NCBI RefSeq assembly: GCF_018350175.1
Contig: NC_058368.1
Location: 199,084,001-199,148,000, forward strand
DNA: 64,000 nt
DNA from: Felis catus
Lineage: Eukaryota
Reading direction: 5' to 3'
Part shown: piece after piece, positions 38,266 through 51,329 of the stretch
How the letters are laid out: the number at the start of each line of letters is the position of its first letter
How positions within the stretch are numbered: the first letter of the stretch is position 1
Made by a program: the position numbers and the translations under genes
Notes under the pieces: model-generated
Database searches by the model: none
Told to the model about the DNA's origin: nothing
What the model saw: only the letters and a program-made list of their open reading frames with translations

Positions 38266-40169
38266 TTCTAGGAATAATCAGTTGCATATTCTAGGAATTG
38301 TGTTAACTTACCTGTTTCCTTGCTTGTTTCTATGTGGGGATGGCGCTGGTGAGACGAGGTATAGACTGTAAGGGGGTATGACTTGGCAGAGGGCACTGTC
38401 AGACAATTTTCACTCTGGTGTGTGTTCCCAGTTGTGCTCCGGGCCCAGTGTTCAGTAGCTCCCATCTCCCCTCTGTCTCCATGCTCCGCCTGTATTTCCC
38501 CGGGAACATCCTTCATTCTACCCACTGACAAAGATGATGTAAATAAAGGCAGACTGAATTTTTCAGAAAAGGAGTTCTTATTATTTAACTGAAAGGAAAG
38601 CTTATTTTTGCCACTAATTGCTAAGAATCGTTAAGAAAGCAGGATCCCTAGGGGACTTGCCTTTGTACTCAAACTATGTGTCTGCTGTTACTAGTGAATC
38701 CAGATTGAATGATTCCAAAACGAACCAGAAACCCTTAGTTTCCACGAACTCACTCACTCATCTTCCCCACCGCCCAGGAAATTCTGCTTCGGGTTTTTGA
38801 AAGATTGCGGGCAGAGGTTTGCCCCTCCTCCTGATCCTAGAGCTCTATCTGCACCGCGATTTGCTGTGGCCACCAGCGTAAATCACTGGTTCTAAAATCA
38901 AAACTGCCAAAGCAAAGGAGCTCCACTCCCAGCTGAGCCCTAGCTGGAAGCTATGTGCAAAAGTCTTGAATGGCACATCAGTTTCATTGAGAGGGCCCTT
39001 CTCTCCAATCTGATATGGGTGATGAAAGTGTTTTCTCTTTCCCTTACAAACATGCAGTTGTCAGAGTATTTATAACTGCCCTAGTGTCAGATGTTCATAG
39101 TTATATATATACACCACCACCTAAAGCTTTGTCTCTGCCATCTCGGCCCGCGGTCAAACTTCAAGGGAGTCTTTCACATTTATTGTGGAAAATATTATTA
39201 GGGAATGCATATTTTTCTACCAGAGGTGTAAGGATTTGTATAGGGAGGGGAGACTGAACTGGGGGTTTCTCTTTAGTAGTAAACTCCCAAGACTTCATTA
39301 CCTTCTCACCACTGCCAGACATGACAAGACTTCTAAAAGGGAAAAAATACTTTCTGTGGTTTCAGATCAGCTGTTTTTGCAACCTCCCCGCCGCCCCCCC
39401 CCCTTCAATGACTACCTTAATCATATTTTCCTTGAAAAGAATTGCTTTGGGCTCAAAGGTGTATGCCAACTTTCAGCCTTGAACATATTTTCCCTGTGAA
39501 ATTATTAACCTCTGAGAAAACTAACAGAGTCTTCATTATGCCGATGCTACCAGAAAATGCTATCATAGCCTTTGATCCCCTTTTCTGTTTATCACTTTCT
39601 TGGTTTTTATTTACATCTATTTTAACCAAGGTCGTTAATTCAGAACCTTACGAACATCCCACCCACACAAAGCCACAGTCACAACATAGGTAAAGAATCT
39701 TTCATTCAGTGATTCTAAAACATTCAATAAATACATTGCAAACATTCAAGTAACTCAATTTATCCATCACTGAAAGATATTTCCTAATGAAGTGGAAAAT
39801 CACCAAGTTACTATGTTTTAGGATAATCGGGCAAGGTAATGAAAAAACAAAAAAACCTAACATTTTGGGAAATCAATATTTGACTTTTTTTTATTTTCAT
39901 GGCCACAGCTACACAAATCTGCTAATGAAATTAGCTCTAAACCATTGCATGCCCCTGGGTAGGCCAATTAGCTTAGATCTCTATCTTGAAGATAGCTTCC
40001 AGTTCTAACAGTCGACCGACCACAGAGCCCTGGTATTCTTTTATATCTTTCCAACTCTAAGACTGTGTTGTAGAAATCCTGAAGAAGAAAAAGCAAATCT
40101 GTGTAATCCTGCTGCTGCCACTAAACCCTTCAAGCAAGATCAGGCTTTGCCTTGTTTCAGGAGTCTTTA

Positions 40170-40625
40170 TGGCAGAACCACCATGATGTATTCTTGCCAA
40201 AAATGTTGAACCTGAATCTTACCAAACCTTAAAATCAAATCTCAGTTTGTAGGAAATATGGGAAACAGGGTAAGGAGATAAGCATCCCCATTTGGAAGCA
40301 ACTCGACAAATTCAGAATGTGGATAGTTTATTTGAAAACTGGCCTGGTCTCTTTAATAATTCATAATAGCCAAATCAGTCTGTGAAATATTTTTGCATTA
40401 AAATTCAAACAAATTGACAGTAGAATGGCGTTTGATGCAACTGGGGAAATTTGAATATGAACTAGGTATTAAAGTATAGTAAGTGTAAAAGGCCATGATG
40501 TCTGGAATTTGCTCTAAACTACTTCAATATGCAAGCAAATATGGCAAAATAATACCAGTTTAATCTAAATGGAACATATGGGATTCACACTACTTTCACG
40601 ATTGCAAAAATTTTATAAAAAAAAT
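40170..40625 (+). mobile_element. old L1 (L1MC/ME-like) 3' UTR
   Basis: atgatgtattcttgccaaaaatgttgaacctgaatct...aaattcagaatgtgga...aactggcctggtctcttt. Confidence 0.6.
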
Positions 40626-41064
40626 AAATCACATGAAAGAAAATGTAACAACCTTCTTCGGAGACCTGCTTTAATTCGTTCACACTACTTATAGTTAGGA
40701 TGTGCTTGTACACATAACCTACACTTCCTGCTTCTTCCTTTTTGTTCTGCTTTCCATGGAGATCCAGAGCAAATGGTAGTATAATGTATGGTTCTCAAAA
40801 CAAGTGGGCCATGAGCTTCTGTGTTTCCTTGAAAGCCTTTCAGGAAATAAAGTCAAAGCTTTTCATAATAAACAAAAAGGTCATTTGCCTTTTTCACTGT
40901 GTTATTTGCACTGATGAAACAAAAAAATTGTTGCTTGACCGTGTTAAAATAGATTTCCCAAAAAAGGAAGCATATTCTAACATCGTTGTCACAATTAGCA
41001 GTCTTTATAAACATGAGGAAACACTTTGTACCATTTGTAAATAGAAAAAAATAAATCCTACATA

Positions 41065-42144
41065 CAGTAAAACCTTGGTTTATGAGCATAATTCATTCCA
41101 GAAACATGCTTGTAATCCAAAGCACTTGCATATCAAAGCGAATTTCTCCATGCAAAATACTGGAAACTCACATGATTCATTCTACAATCCAAAAATATTC
41201 ATATAAACGTAATTACAATACTTTAATATACAAAACAATAAAGAAAATACAAAATATAAAGAAAAGCAAATTAACCTGTACTTACCTTTGAAAACCTTCG
41301 TGGCTAGTATGAAGGAGACAAGAGAGAAAGGTTATTGTATGACGACTTTCACTGTTACTAATGGAATCACTGCTATCTGTTGGCTCAGTGGAATCTTTTT
41401 CTGCATGGGAGCCATTGTATACCCTTGCATGGATATTGACTATAGTATGGTATTAATAGACTCTTGCCATATACTGTGGTTTTTTTTTTATTTATTTTTA
41501 ACATGTATTCACTTTTTGAGAGACAGAGACAGAATGCGAGCAGGGCAGAGGCAGAGAGAGAGGGAGACTCAGAATCCAAAGCAGGCTCCAGGCTCTGAGC
41601 TGTCGGCACAGAGCCTGACATGGGGCTTGAACTCACAAGCCGTGAGATCATGACCTTAGCCAAAGTCGGATGCTTAAATGACTGAGCCAGCCAGGCGCCC
41701 CATATACTGTTTTCAATGTAACTGGCAATAAGGCAGCAGAGGAAAAGGTCTATGTCTGCAGGCAGCCTGACCTAGAATGAAGCTAAGCATTCCTAAGCTC
41801 ACTCTTGTATGGAAAAGCAGAGGACTGTCCATAGGTGCTTTGAAATGACAAAAAATACCCTAGTGCCGGTTATGGGCACCTTCCAACATTCTGAAAAATC
41901 ACTGATTTCTGCCAAATGCCATGGCCTGAGACCAAGCATCTGAGCATGGGAGATGATCGCCTACAACCCTGCAGCACACGCGCGCGAGAACTATCGGCTT
42001 AGTTATCATCATGTGACATTTGGCATCACATACTATGCATATCACAAGACATCGCTCATTTATCAAGTTAAAATTTATTAGACATGTTTGCTCATCTTGT
42101 GGAACACTTGCAGAACAAGTTACTTGCAATCCAAGGCTTTACTG
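41065..42144 (-). mobile_element. Tigger/pogo non-autonomous element with both TIRs; SINE inserted at about 41480-41699
   Basis: TA|cagtaaaaccttggttt ... ccaaggctttactg|TG; reverse-complement homology to 33047-34187; SINE TSD ccatatactgt. Confidence 0.9.
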
Positions 42145-42164
42145 TGTTTTTCTTTTCTCTCTTT

Positions 42165-42167
<3 letters not shown>

Positions 42168-42210
<43 letters not shown>

Positions 42211-42383
42211 TGAGAGAGTGAGAGCATGTGAGCAGGTGAGGTCAGAGGGAGAGAGAGAATCTTAAGCAGACTCCATGCCCAATGCAGAGCCCGACAAGGG
42301 GCTGGATCTCACAACCCTGGGATCATGAACTGAGCTGAAATCAAGAGTTGGAAGCTCAACAAACTGAGCCACCCAGGTGCCCT
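42168..42383 (-). mobile_element. CanSINE with (CTAT)n tail
   Basis: SINE body plus tetranucleotide tail at 42168-42210. Confidence 0.88.
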
Positions 42384-42669
42384 TTCTCTCCTTTCTTTAT
42401 TCTAAAATTTATTATTTTAAAAATTACAAAGAAGAAAAAAGAAAAGAAATCATAATCAGAATAAACTGACAAAAAACTAGCTCACAGACCATGGTAAATA
42501 AAGGAAGATTGTGTAATCAGTTCATCCTGCAACTGTTTTTTTTTTTTCTAAGAAGTTAGAATGAATGATTTGCAAGGGAATTAGCCTAATTATACTTCAG
42601 AGAACATCAGTTAAACTATGGTTTTTCTTTTAAAAAATTGTATTCAATTTATTTAAAGTAAAAAAAATA

Positions 42670-42890
42670 GGGGCGCCTGGGTAGCTCAGTCAGTTAAGCA
42701 TCTGACTTCAGCTCAGGTCATGATCTCATGGTTCGTGGGTTTGAGCCCCATGTCAAGCTCTGTGCTGACAGCTCAGAGCCTGGAGCCTGCTTCAGATTCT
42801 GTGTCTCCCTCTCTCTCTGCCCCTCCCCAACTAGCGCTCTGTCTCTGTCTCTCAAAAAATATAAATAAGTAAAATAAAGTAAATAAATAG
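42670..42890 (+). mobile_element. CanSINE (SINEC_Fc-type)
   Basis: ggggcgcctgggtagctcagtcagttaagcatctgacttcagctcagg... Confidence 0.92.
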
Positions 42891-42914
42891 AAACAGTAAA
42901 ACAGTAAATATATT

Positions 42915-43545
42915 TCTTCCACCCCAGCCAATCTATTCTCTATATTGATAAGCTTGGTATTATCTTCTTTTTCTTTTCTTTTTTTTTAGATTCCACATAT
43001 AAGAGAGATCATACAGTGTTTGTCTTTCTCTAGCTTATTTCACTTAGCAAAATGCCCTCAAGTTTAATCCATTTTGTCACAAATAGCAAAATTTCATTCT
43101 TTTTAGTGGCTGAATAATATTTTATTGTTATAGACTATGTTTCCTCTATCCAAGCATCCACTGATAGACACTTAAGTTGTTGCCATATTTTGGTTGTTGT
43201 AAATAATACTGCAACAAAAATGGGAGTGTACATTTCTTTTTGAGTTACCGAATTTGTTTCTCTTTGGATAAATACCCAGAAAGAATTGTTGAATAATATG
43301 GTAGTCCTATTTTTAATATGGTGAGGAACCCCATACTATTTTTCATGGTGGCTGCACCAATGTACCTCTCCACCAACAGCGTACAAGGGCTCCCTTTCCT
43401 CCACATCCTCACCAGCACTTGTTATTTCTGGACTTTTTGATAATGGCCATTCTCACAGGTGTGAGGATATCTCATTATGGTTTTTATCTGCATTTCACTA
43501 ATGATTAATGAGGAGATTCTTTTCGTGTTCCTGTTGGCCATCTGT
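42915..43545 (-). mobile_element. carnivore L1 3' fragment
   Basis: agattccacatataagagagatcatacag...ttcacttagc...ctgttggccatctgta. Confidence 0.8.
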
Positions 43546-44629
43546 AATAAATTATATTTTTTAACGGAGAGAAAAATTACTGGTGTCTTAACGTGAAAGG
43601 AGACAGCGGCACCAAATATACCATTAGTTATTGTAGTCTTCATGGGCAATCAAAGAAAATCTAATAATTTTACTCAAAGCTGTCCTTGACAAAGCAATAA
43701 AACTTTTATTAATATTTCTACCCTTTAATACATGTCTTTTAATGTTGTGTGTGATGAAATGGGAAGCACATTTGTCACAAACTGGAGTATGATGGTTATT
43801 TCAAGGAAAAGCACGTGTGTGTGCTTATGCTGAGTGATTTGCTGAAGTGGCTGCTTTTTTCAAGGACACAATGTTTACTTGAAAGAATAACCGACAGATA
43901 AACTGGTTATTTAGACTTAGATATTTGGCAAATATTTTCACAAAAATGAAGTAAGTTTGTCACTTCGAGAAAACAACTGATATTTAAGCCAGGGACAAAC
44001 TTTGAACTTTCAAGTGAAAATTTGAATTTTGGAACATTTTTCCCAATACTCTAAGTTTAACTGTTTCCCAGTACTTAAAAGGCTCTCTAATGAGATTGGT
44101 ACTGCTATCAATGAATGTGATTTTTAAAATATTATATAGTGTAGTATGTCAAAATTGGAAAATTTGCATAATTCAATGAACTAATATTTTACAAATGATC
44201 AGTGTAAAATGTTACAAAATCATGCATGGGTAAAAGATTCATTCAAAGTGAAAGATAAGCCAATGGATTTTAATGCAACAGAAAAGTTTGTTGATATGGT
44301 TTTTAACTCCATATTGCAATTAACCTTTAAGAAAATGCCACATGACAAATACCCACAATTATCTAAAAATGCTATTAAAAATATCTTTTCTTTTTCCAAT
44401 TACATATCTTTATAAAGCTGGATTTTCTTCATAAGCTTCAATCAAAAACAGCATATTATGACAAATTGAATGCAGAAACATACGTGAATTCTAGTGTCTT
44501 TGTTAAATTACTGAAAGATATTAGTAAAAATGTAGAGGGGTACCACTTTCCTCACTAATAATTTGTTTTTGGAAATATAGTTTCATAAAAATAGTTTCTT
44601 TATGTTAACATGTGATAGTTCATTATTAA

Positions 44630-44829
44630 AAAAAAATTTAACGTTTGTTTATATTTGAGAGAGAGCACAAGCAGGGGAGGGGCAGAGAGAAAGGGAGACA
44701 GAGAATCTGAAGCAGGTTCCACACCCAGGTCAGAGCTGGATATGGGGGTCGATCTCACAACCGTGAAATCATGACCTGAGCCAAAATCAAGAGTCGGATG
44801 TTTAACCGACTGAGCCTCCCAGGCGCCCC
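44630..44829 (-). mobile_element. CanSINE
   Basis: SINE body ending caggcgcccc. Confidence 0.9.
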
Positions 44830-44849
44830 TTTATATTTTTGTTCCAATA

Positions 44850-47800
44850 ACTCAATGTAAAGAAATGCAACTGATTTTTGTATGTTAATTTTTTATCCTG
44901 CAACTTTACTGAATTTGCTGATTAAATCTAAAAGCTTTTTGAGGGAGTCTTTAAGGTTTTATATAAATATATATATAAATAAATATAAATAGAAATAGAA
45001 ATAGAAATAGAAATAGAAATAGAAATAGAAATAGAAATATATATATAAATATATAATATATATATTTATAATATATAAATGTATATATAATATATATAAT
45101 ATATTATAAATATATATATAAATATAAATATATATATTATATATATATTATATATAAAATTTATATAAATATATAAATATATTATATATAAATATATATA
45201 TAAATATATTATATTTATATTATATATATAAATATATATATATTTATAATATATATATAAATTTATATATATATATATTTATATATATATAAATATATAT
45301 AAGTATAAATATAAATATATATACATATATAAAGGTGTATATATATATATACATATATATAATGTCATCTGCAAAAAGAGACCATTTTACTATTTGTTTC
45401 CTAATTCTGATGCCTTTTGTATCATTTTCTTGCCTGATGACTTTGGCTAAGACTTTCAGTACCATGTTGAATAGGAGTGGTGAGAGCAGGCACCTTTGTC
45501 TTGTTCCTGATCTTAGAGGAAAATTTTTCAAACTTTCACCACTGAGTATATTAGCTGAACTTCTCATATATGGCTTTTATTATTTGCAGATATGTTCCTT
45601 CTGTACCTAATTTGTTAAGAGTTTTTATCATTAATAGATGTTAAATTTTGTCAAATGCTTCTTCTGTGTCTATTGAGTTGATCATATGGATTTTTTCTTT
45701 CATTCTACTAATGAGATGTAACATTGGTTTAAGTATGTTGAACCATCCTTGCATCCCAAAAATAAATCCCACTCATCTATGGTGAATGATCCTTTTAATG
45801 TGCTTCTGAATTTGGTTTGCTAGAATTTTATTGAGGGTTTTTGCATTTATGTTCATCAGGGATATTGGCCTATATGTTTTCTTTTCTGGTAGTGTCCTTT
45901 TCTGGCTTTGGTATTAGGGTAATGGCTAGCCTCATAAAATGAGTTTGGGAGTGTTCTCTCTTCTTTGGTTTTTTGGAAGAATTTGAGAAGGATTGGCATT
46001 AATTCTTTAAATGTTTGGTAAAATTTTCCAGTGAAGCCATCAAGTCCTGGGCTTTCTTCAAGAGAGATTTTTGATTACAGAGTCAAACCTGTACTAGTAA
46101 TTGGACCATTTAGATTTTCTATTTCTTTATGATTCAGTCTTGGTAGTTGTATATTTCTAAAAATGTTTCCATTTCTTCTAGGTTATCCAGTTTATTGGCA
46201 TATAGTTGTTTATAGTAGTCTCTATGATTCTTTATAGATCTGTGGTATCGGTTGTAATATCTCCTTTTTCATTTATATATTTATTTGTGTCATCTCTCTT
46301 TTCTCCTTGCTTAGTGAAGTTAAAGTTTTGTCCATTTTCTTTGTTTCAAGGAACCAATTCTTAATCTGTTTTGTGTATGTTTTCTATTTCCATTGTTGCT
46401 GCTCTTAAATTATTTTTTTCCTTCTGCTAACTATGGGCTCAGTTTTTTCTCCTTTTTCCAGTTTCTTTTCTTTTTTATTTAAAAAACTTACTTTTTAAAA
46501 TCAAGTATACTCTACTCACAACATTGGGCTCAAACTCATGACCCTGAAACCACGAGTGACATGTGATTACTGACTGAACCAGCCAGGCACCCCTTCTAGT
46601 CTCTTAAGTCATACAGTTAAGTTGTGTGTTTGAGATCTTTCTTGTTTCTCAATGTAGGCATTTACTACTATGAACTTTCCTCATGGAACTGCTTTTGCTG
46701 CATCCCAAAAGTTTTGGTGTATTGTGTTTCCATTTTCATTTGTGTCAAGATATTTTTTCATTTCTCTTTTATTTCTTCTCTGACCCATTGGTTGTTCAGG
46801 AGAGTGTTGTTTAGTTTCCATGTATTCTTGAATTTTCCTATTTTTCTCCTCTTAGTGACTTTTAGTTTCATATCACTGGGACTTAAGAAGATATTCGATA
46901 TGATTTCAATTTCTTGAACTTGCTAAGACTTGTTTTGTGGCCTAATATATGGTCCATTCTAGAAAATGTTCTATGTGCTCTTGAGAAGAATGTGTATACT
47001 GCTGCTATTGAATAGAATATTCTGTGTATGTCCATTAAGTCCATCTGGTTTACAGTGTTCAAATCTACTATTTCTTTGTAATTCTCTGCCTAGATGATCT
47101 ATCCATTGTTGAGAATGGAGCATTAGGTCTCCAACGATTATTGTATTGCTGTCTATTTCTTCTTTTAGTTCTTCTCAGTTTTTGCTTCATATATTCAGGG
47201 GCTCTGATGTTGGGCACATAAATATTTACAGTTATTATATATTTCTGATAGATTAATCTTTTTAACATTATGTAATGACTTTCTTTGTCTCTCTTTCTCT
47301 CTCTTGCTCTGTTTTTATAGCATTTTTCACTTGTATAGTTTATATAGTTGGGTAGAACAGCTGGCTTGGTTTCCTGCCAAAGTGAGGCTGTAGGATGGGC
47401 TCTAGTGTCTGGATTCTCTGATCAGTCTTACTTAGATGGTCAAGACTAGATACTGTAATCAGCAGTAGGTGGAGCTATGAATTAGCTTTTCTGTCCTAGC
47501 AGGGCAGGAAGATGGGTCTCAGGGCCTGACTGGCTCATTGTTTGGGGACCCAAATCAGAAAAAAACTGTGCAGTGAATTTCCTAGCCAGACAGGGCCACC
47601 AACTCTGCAGACAGGAAAATAAATGGGCTGTGCTCTCTGTTCAAGTGTCCCTGTAAGGAGGGCTGTTGGATGAGATTCATGGCCTCCATGTGCTCTGGCA
47701 AGATTCCATGATTAGGCAGACTAAAAACTACATTCAGCAATGGGTGGAGCTATGAATTAGTTTCCCCTGCTAGGGTGCAGTGGAAGAACCAACTCCAAGT

Positions 47801-48512
47801 CAAAAAGGCTCTTTGTTTCTGCTCTTAACTCAAACTGGTCTGTGCCCCCAAGTCTCCTAGTAGAACAGGGCTACTGGCTTTGCTCTGCAGACTATCAGTT
47901 CTGCTTATCAGACTCTCTGCTTGAATGTTGCTGGGCTACACAACTTCCAGGTGTTATTGCCAGCATTTCTGGTCAGATGGGGTCAGGAGCTACATTCAAC
48001 AGCAGACCTGACAATTACTCAGATCTTGTGTCTGGGTGTAAGGAGACAAGGCTCTGAGGCAGGCAAATCTCTTGATTTGAGTACCTGAATCAGACAGACC
48101 AGCACCCTACCAAGTTGTCCAGCCAAACTTTTCTACCAAATTGATTCTATAAATCGGCAAAACTATTGGTTGTAACCACTACCTGGGCTCTGCAGGTAAG
48201 AACTCAGTCGACCAAGATCTGAGCTATTAAGCTCTCTTTTCCCACTGGAGGAACCATAGGATCAGGAGAGACCTCTCAACACTGTTCTGTGCCAGCCTGG
48301 GGCAGGGACAATGCAGTCATCATATGTAACCACTCCTATTACCCTTCTAATGTTGTCTGTCTTGGTCCCTGTAGGCAGAGAATGCTCAGTCTCACCTCTG
48401 TGTTCTAGAATTTCTCAGCAATGTTTTGTCCATAAATAGTTGTTAGTAGTTTTTCTTATGAGAGGGAGCAAAGTCAGAAATGACCTATGTCCCTATCTTT
48501 GTGAGGTTACTC
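44850..48512 (-). mobile_element. older L1: ORF2 RT-EN part joined to 5' UTR (ORF1 and 3' end missing); short SINE at about 46490-46593
   Basis: ORF 45244-45567 ([25 protein letters not shown]), ORF 47068-47268 (ITVNIYVPNIRAPEYMKQ); L1 5'-end-like agtcagaaatgacctatgtccctatcttt near 48500. Confidence 0.8.
44958..45362. repeat. ~400-bp AT-rich low-complexity tract including (AGAAAT)n
   Basis: visible directly. Confidence 0.95.
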
Positions 48513-48514
48513 CC

Positions 48515-50039
48515 ACTAACATTTCTCTTAAAGCCTTGAATTCCATCAGTTTGTTTATCTAGAAATACATTTGTTTTCATATTTGAAAAGTTTTGCTGTA
48601 CACAGAATTTTTTTTCTTTCATCACTTTAAATATGTCATTCCACTGTGTTTTGGCCTCCATGATATTTAATAAGAAATCAACTCTTACTCGGGCTCTGTG
48701 CTGGCAGCTCATAGCCTGGAACCTGCTTCTGATTCTGTGCCTCCTTCTCTCTCTGCCCCACCCCTGCTTGCTCTCTGTCTCTCTCTCTCAAATAATAAAC
48801 ATTGAAAAAAAATTAAAAATAAAGAAATCAACTCTTATTGCGATACTTAGTATCTGATGTGTTGTCTTTTTGCTTTCATGCTTTCTCTTTGTTTTTGTCT
48901 TTCAATTGTCAGCCTATGATGTGTTCATATTTGGATTTTTCTTCTTCTTATCCTACTTGGATTTCATTGAAATTCTCATAGCTTTTTTTTAAATAAAATT
49001 TGAGAAGTGATTAGCCATTATTATTTTGAATGCTTTTCTCTGCTCTTGTGATAGGCAGAATAATGCACCCCTACCTGCATTCCCACCCTGCAGATGTCCA
49101 TGTCCTAATTATAGAAACTTGGAATGTGTTACCTTACATGGAAAAGAGAACTTTGCAGATATAATTAAGATCAAAGACCTTGAATTGGGGTGATTATTTT
49201 CAATTATTTGGATGAAGCCAACCAAATCACAAGTCCTTAAAAGAACCTTTCCTGACTGAGTTCAATATTGGAATGAAATGTGACTATAAAAGAATGATCA
49301 GAGAGATGCAGTATTGCTGGTTTTAAAGATGAAGGAAGGGGGTTATGAGTGAGGAAAAGTCGGAATCCTGTAGGAGCTAGAAAATGAAAAACAAAAAATT
49401 ATTTTCCCTAAAGCCTTGAGAAAGGAATGCAACCCTGTCAACACCTTGATTTTAGCTCAGTGAGACTTGTGTTGACTTCTAATCTCCAGTACTGTTGCAA
49501 ATAGTGGGTGGATGGATAATGAATGTTGTTTTGAACTACTATGTTTTTGGTAATTTGTTATGACACCAGCACTAAACCAATACCATTCCTTTTTCCTCTC
49601 CTTCTGGCACTTCTATTGTTACACATATCGTATGCTTGATGATGTCTCACAGATACCTGAGGCTCTGTTCATGTTTTTTTATTCTTTTTTCTTTCTGTTT
49701 TTCAGATTGGATGGTCTCTATTGATCTATCGGCTTCACTAATCTTTTCTTCTGTCAGCTAAAATCTATTGCTGAGCCTCTCTGGTTTTTATTCAAGTCAT
49801 TATGCTTTTCAACTCAAGTATTTTCGCTTGATTCTTTTTCTTTTCCTTTAAAAATGCCATCTCAGGGCTCCTGGGTGGCTCAGTCTGTTAAACATACAAT
49901 TTTGGCTCAGGTCATGATCTCACAGTTCATGAGTTGGAGTCCCAAATCAGGTTCTGTGCTGTCAGCACAGACACCACTTCAGATCCTCTGTCCCTCTCTC
50001 TCTCTCTCTGCCCCTCCCCTACTGGTTCTTTCTTTCTCT

Positions 50040-50086
<47 letters not shown>

Positions 50087-50106
50087 AAAATAAATAAATA
50101 AATACA

Positions 50107-50141
<35 letters not shown>

Positions 50142-51320
50142 ATTCCATCTCTTTATTAATATTCTCTATTTGGAGAGTCATTATTATCCTACTTTTGTTA
50201 AATGCATTAAATATGGATTGCTTTTGTTCTTGAAACATATTTATAGTAGTTGCTTTGAAGTCTGTTAATTCCACTATCTTCGTGCCCCCCAACACAGTTT
50301 CTATTGATTGATTTTTTCCCCTGTTTATGGGGTGCACTTTTCTGTTTCCTTGCTCATCTCATAATTTTTTGCTGACATCTGGACATTAGAAAATATATTG
50401 TAGCAATCCTCATTTTTTATTCTGTGTTTCTACTCCAGGTTTGTTGTTGCTGTTTTTTGTTTCTTTCTTTAATGGCTTGATTAAACAAAATTTGTGAAGT
50501 CTGTTTCCTCTCCTCATTTGTTTTCCTTTTTCCTTTTTAAGCTTCCTAGACATCACCCCTGGGTCAGCTTAGCTGAGTGGTCAATGATTTGTCGGAGGTT
50601 ATGCTTAAGCCCGCGGAGCCAGTAATGCTTCCACTCTGCTGTTGGATCTGTTGGTAGTATGTGGACTGCTTTCAAAGTTTAGGAATCAAAATTACAAGCC
50701 TGCCCTACGTTCACCCAGAGACCAGTAACTTCTAGGGTTACTTGTGTATAGTCTTGCTCATGTGCACAGCTTGTCAAATGTAGCAAGAGATGTTAACCTT
50801 TCTTGGTTATTTGTCACTGATCTCTACTATTCTTGACAATGTTAGTATGCATGGCTTTTTACATGTTCTATTTCAAATAAAATTAGCCCCTGTAAGCAAG
50901 GCCAGGCAGCTTCCAGTCCTCAGGATGCTCCATGCCTACCTTAAACAGAACCTCCACAACACAAGACCAGAGCCATGGGTGAGGAGATGGGAGCCACCGG
51001 TCCTCCCAACCTGTCCCAGGCATCCTGGAGTGGAATCTGTGAGGGAGGAAAGGAACTGCCCTACCCATAGTTAAAATTTCTGCAAAATAGAGGTAGGGAT
51101 GATGGGAGCAGCCCCTGGTTTCAATGACACAAACTCATACTTTTCTTACTGAGATGCGTAGATTTTCTTGAGCAATTGCTTCTCAGTTTGTTGTATGCCC
51201 TTTGGTCAATTTCCAGAGACTTAAAAAATACTAATTTATGTAGTTATCTCATTTCACCAGTGTTTCTCTGAGGAGAGGCCCTGTTAAGCTTCTCACGTAG
51301 ATATTTCAGAAATCTCACTG
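48515..51320 (-). mobile_element. old L1M ORF1/5' region with inserted SINEs (about 48689-48820, 49864-50140) and an MLT1 LTR
   Basis: ORF1 remnants MEAKTQWNDIFKVMKEK and TDFKATTINMFQE; 5'-truncated SINE with TSD aagaaatcaactctta. Confidence 0.7.
49047..49584 (+). mobile_element. MaLR solo LTR (MLT1C/D-like)
   Basis: tgtgataggcagaataatg...gatgtccatgtcctaatt...ttaccttacatggaaaagagaactttgcagat...ggtaatttgttatgac..aatac. Confidence 0.85.
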
Positions 51321-51329
51321 ACTAATCAA

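Larger units (their letters stand above)
40786..44625 (+). mobile_element. Charlie1-like hAT relic in two parts (about 40786-40932 and 43570-44625)
   Basis: tggttctcaaa...atttgcactgatgaaacaaaaaaattgttg joins to aaaattactggtgtcttaacgtgaaaggagacagcggcaccaaa; transposase remnant ORF 44209-44415 (MLQNHAWVKDSFKVKDKPMDFN). Confidence 0.7.

Noticed and set aside
38250..38300. ~24-bp imperfect tandem duplication (tcagtt(t)gcat(t)attctaggaat)
   Set aside because: Ordinary small duplication with no further structure.
38864..38885. CTCF site (tggccaccagcgtaaatc)
   Set aside because: The 3' half departs from the CCACCAG(G/A)(G/T)GGC core; not supportable.
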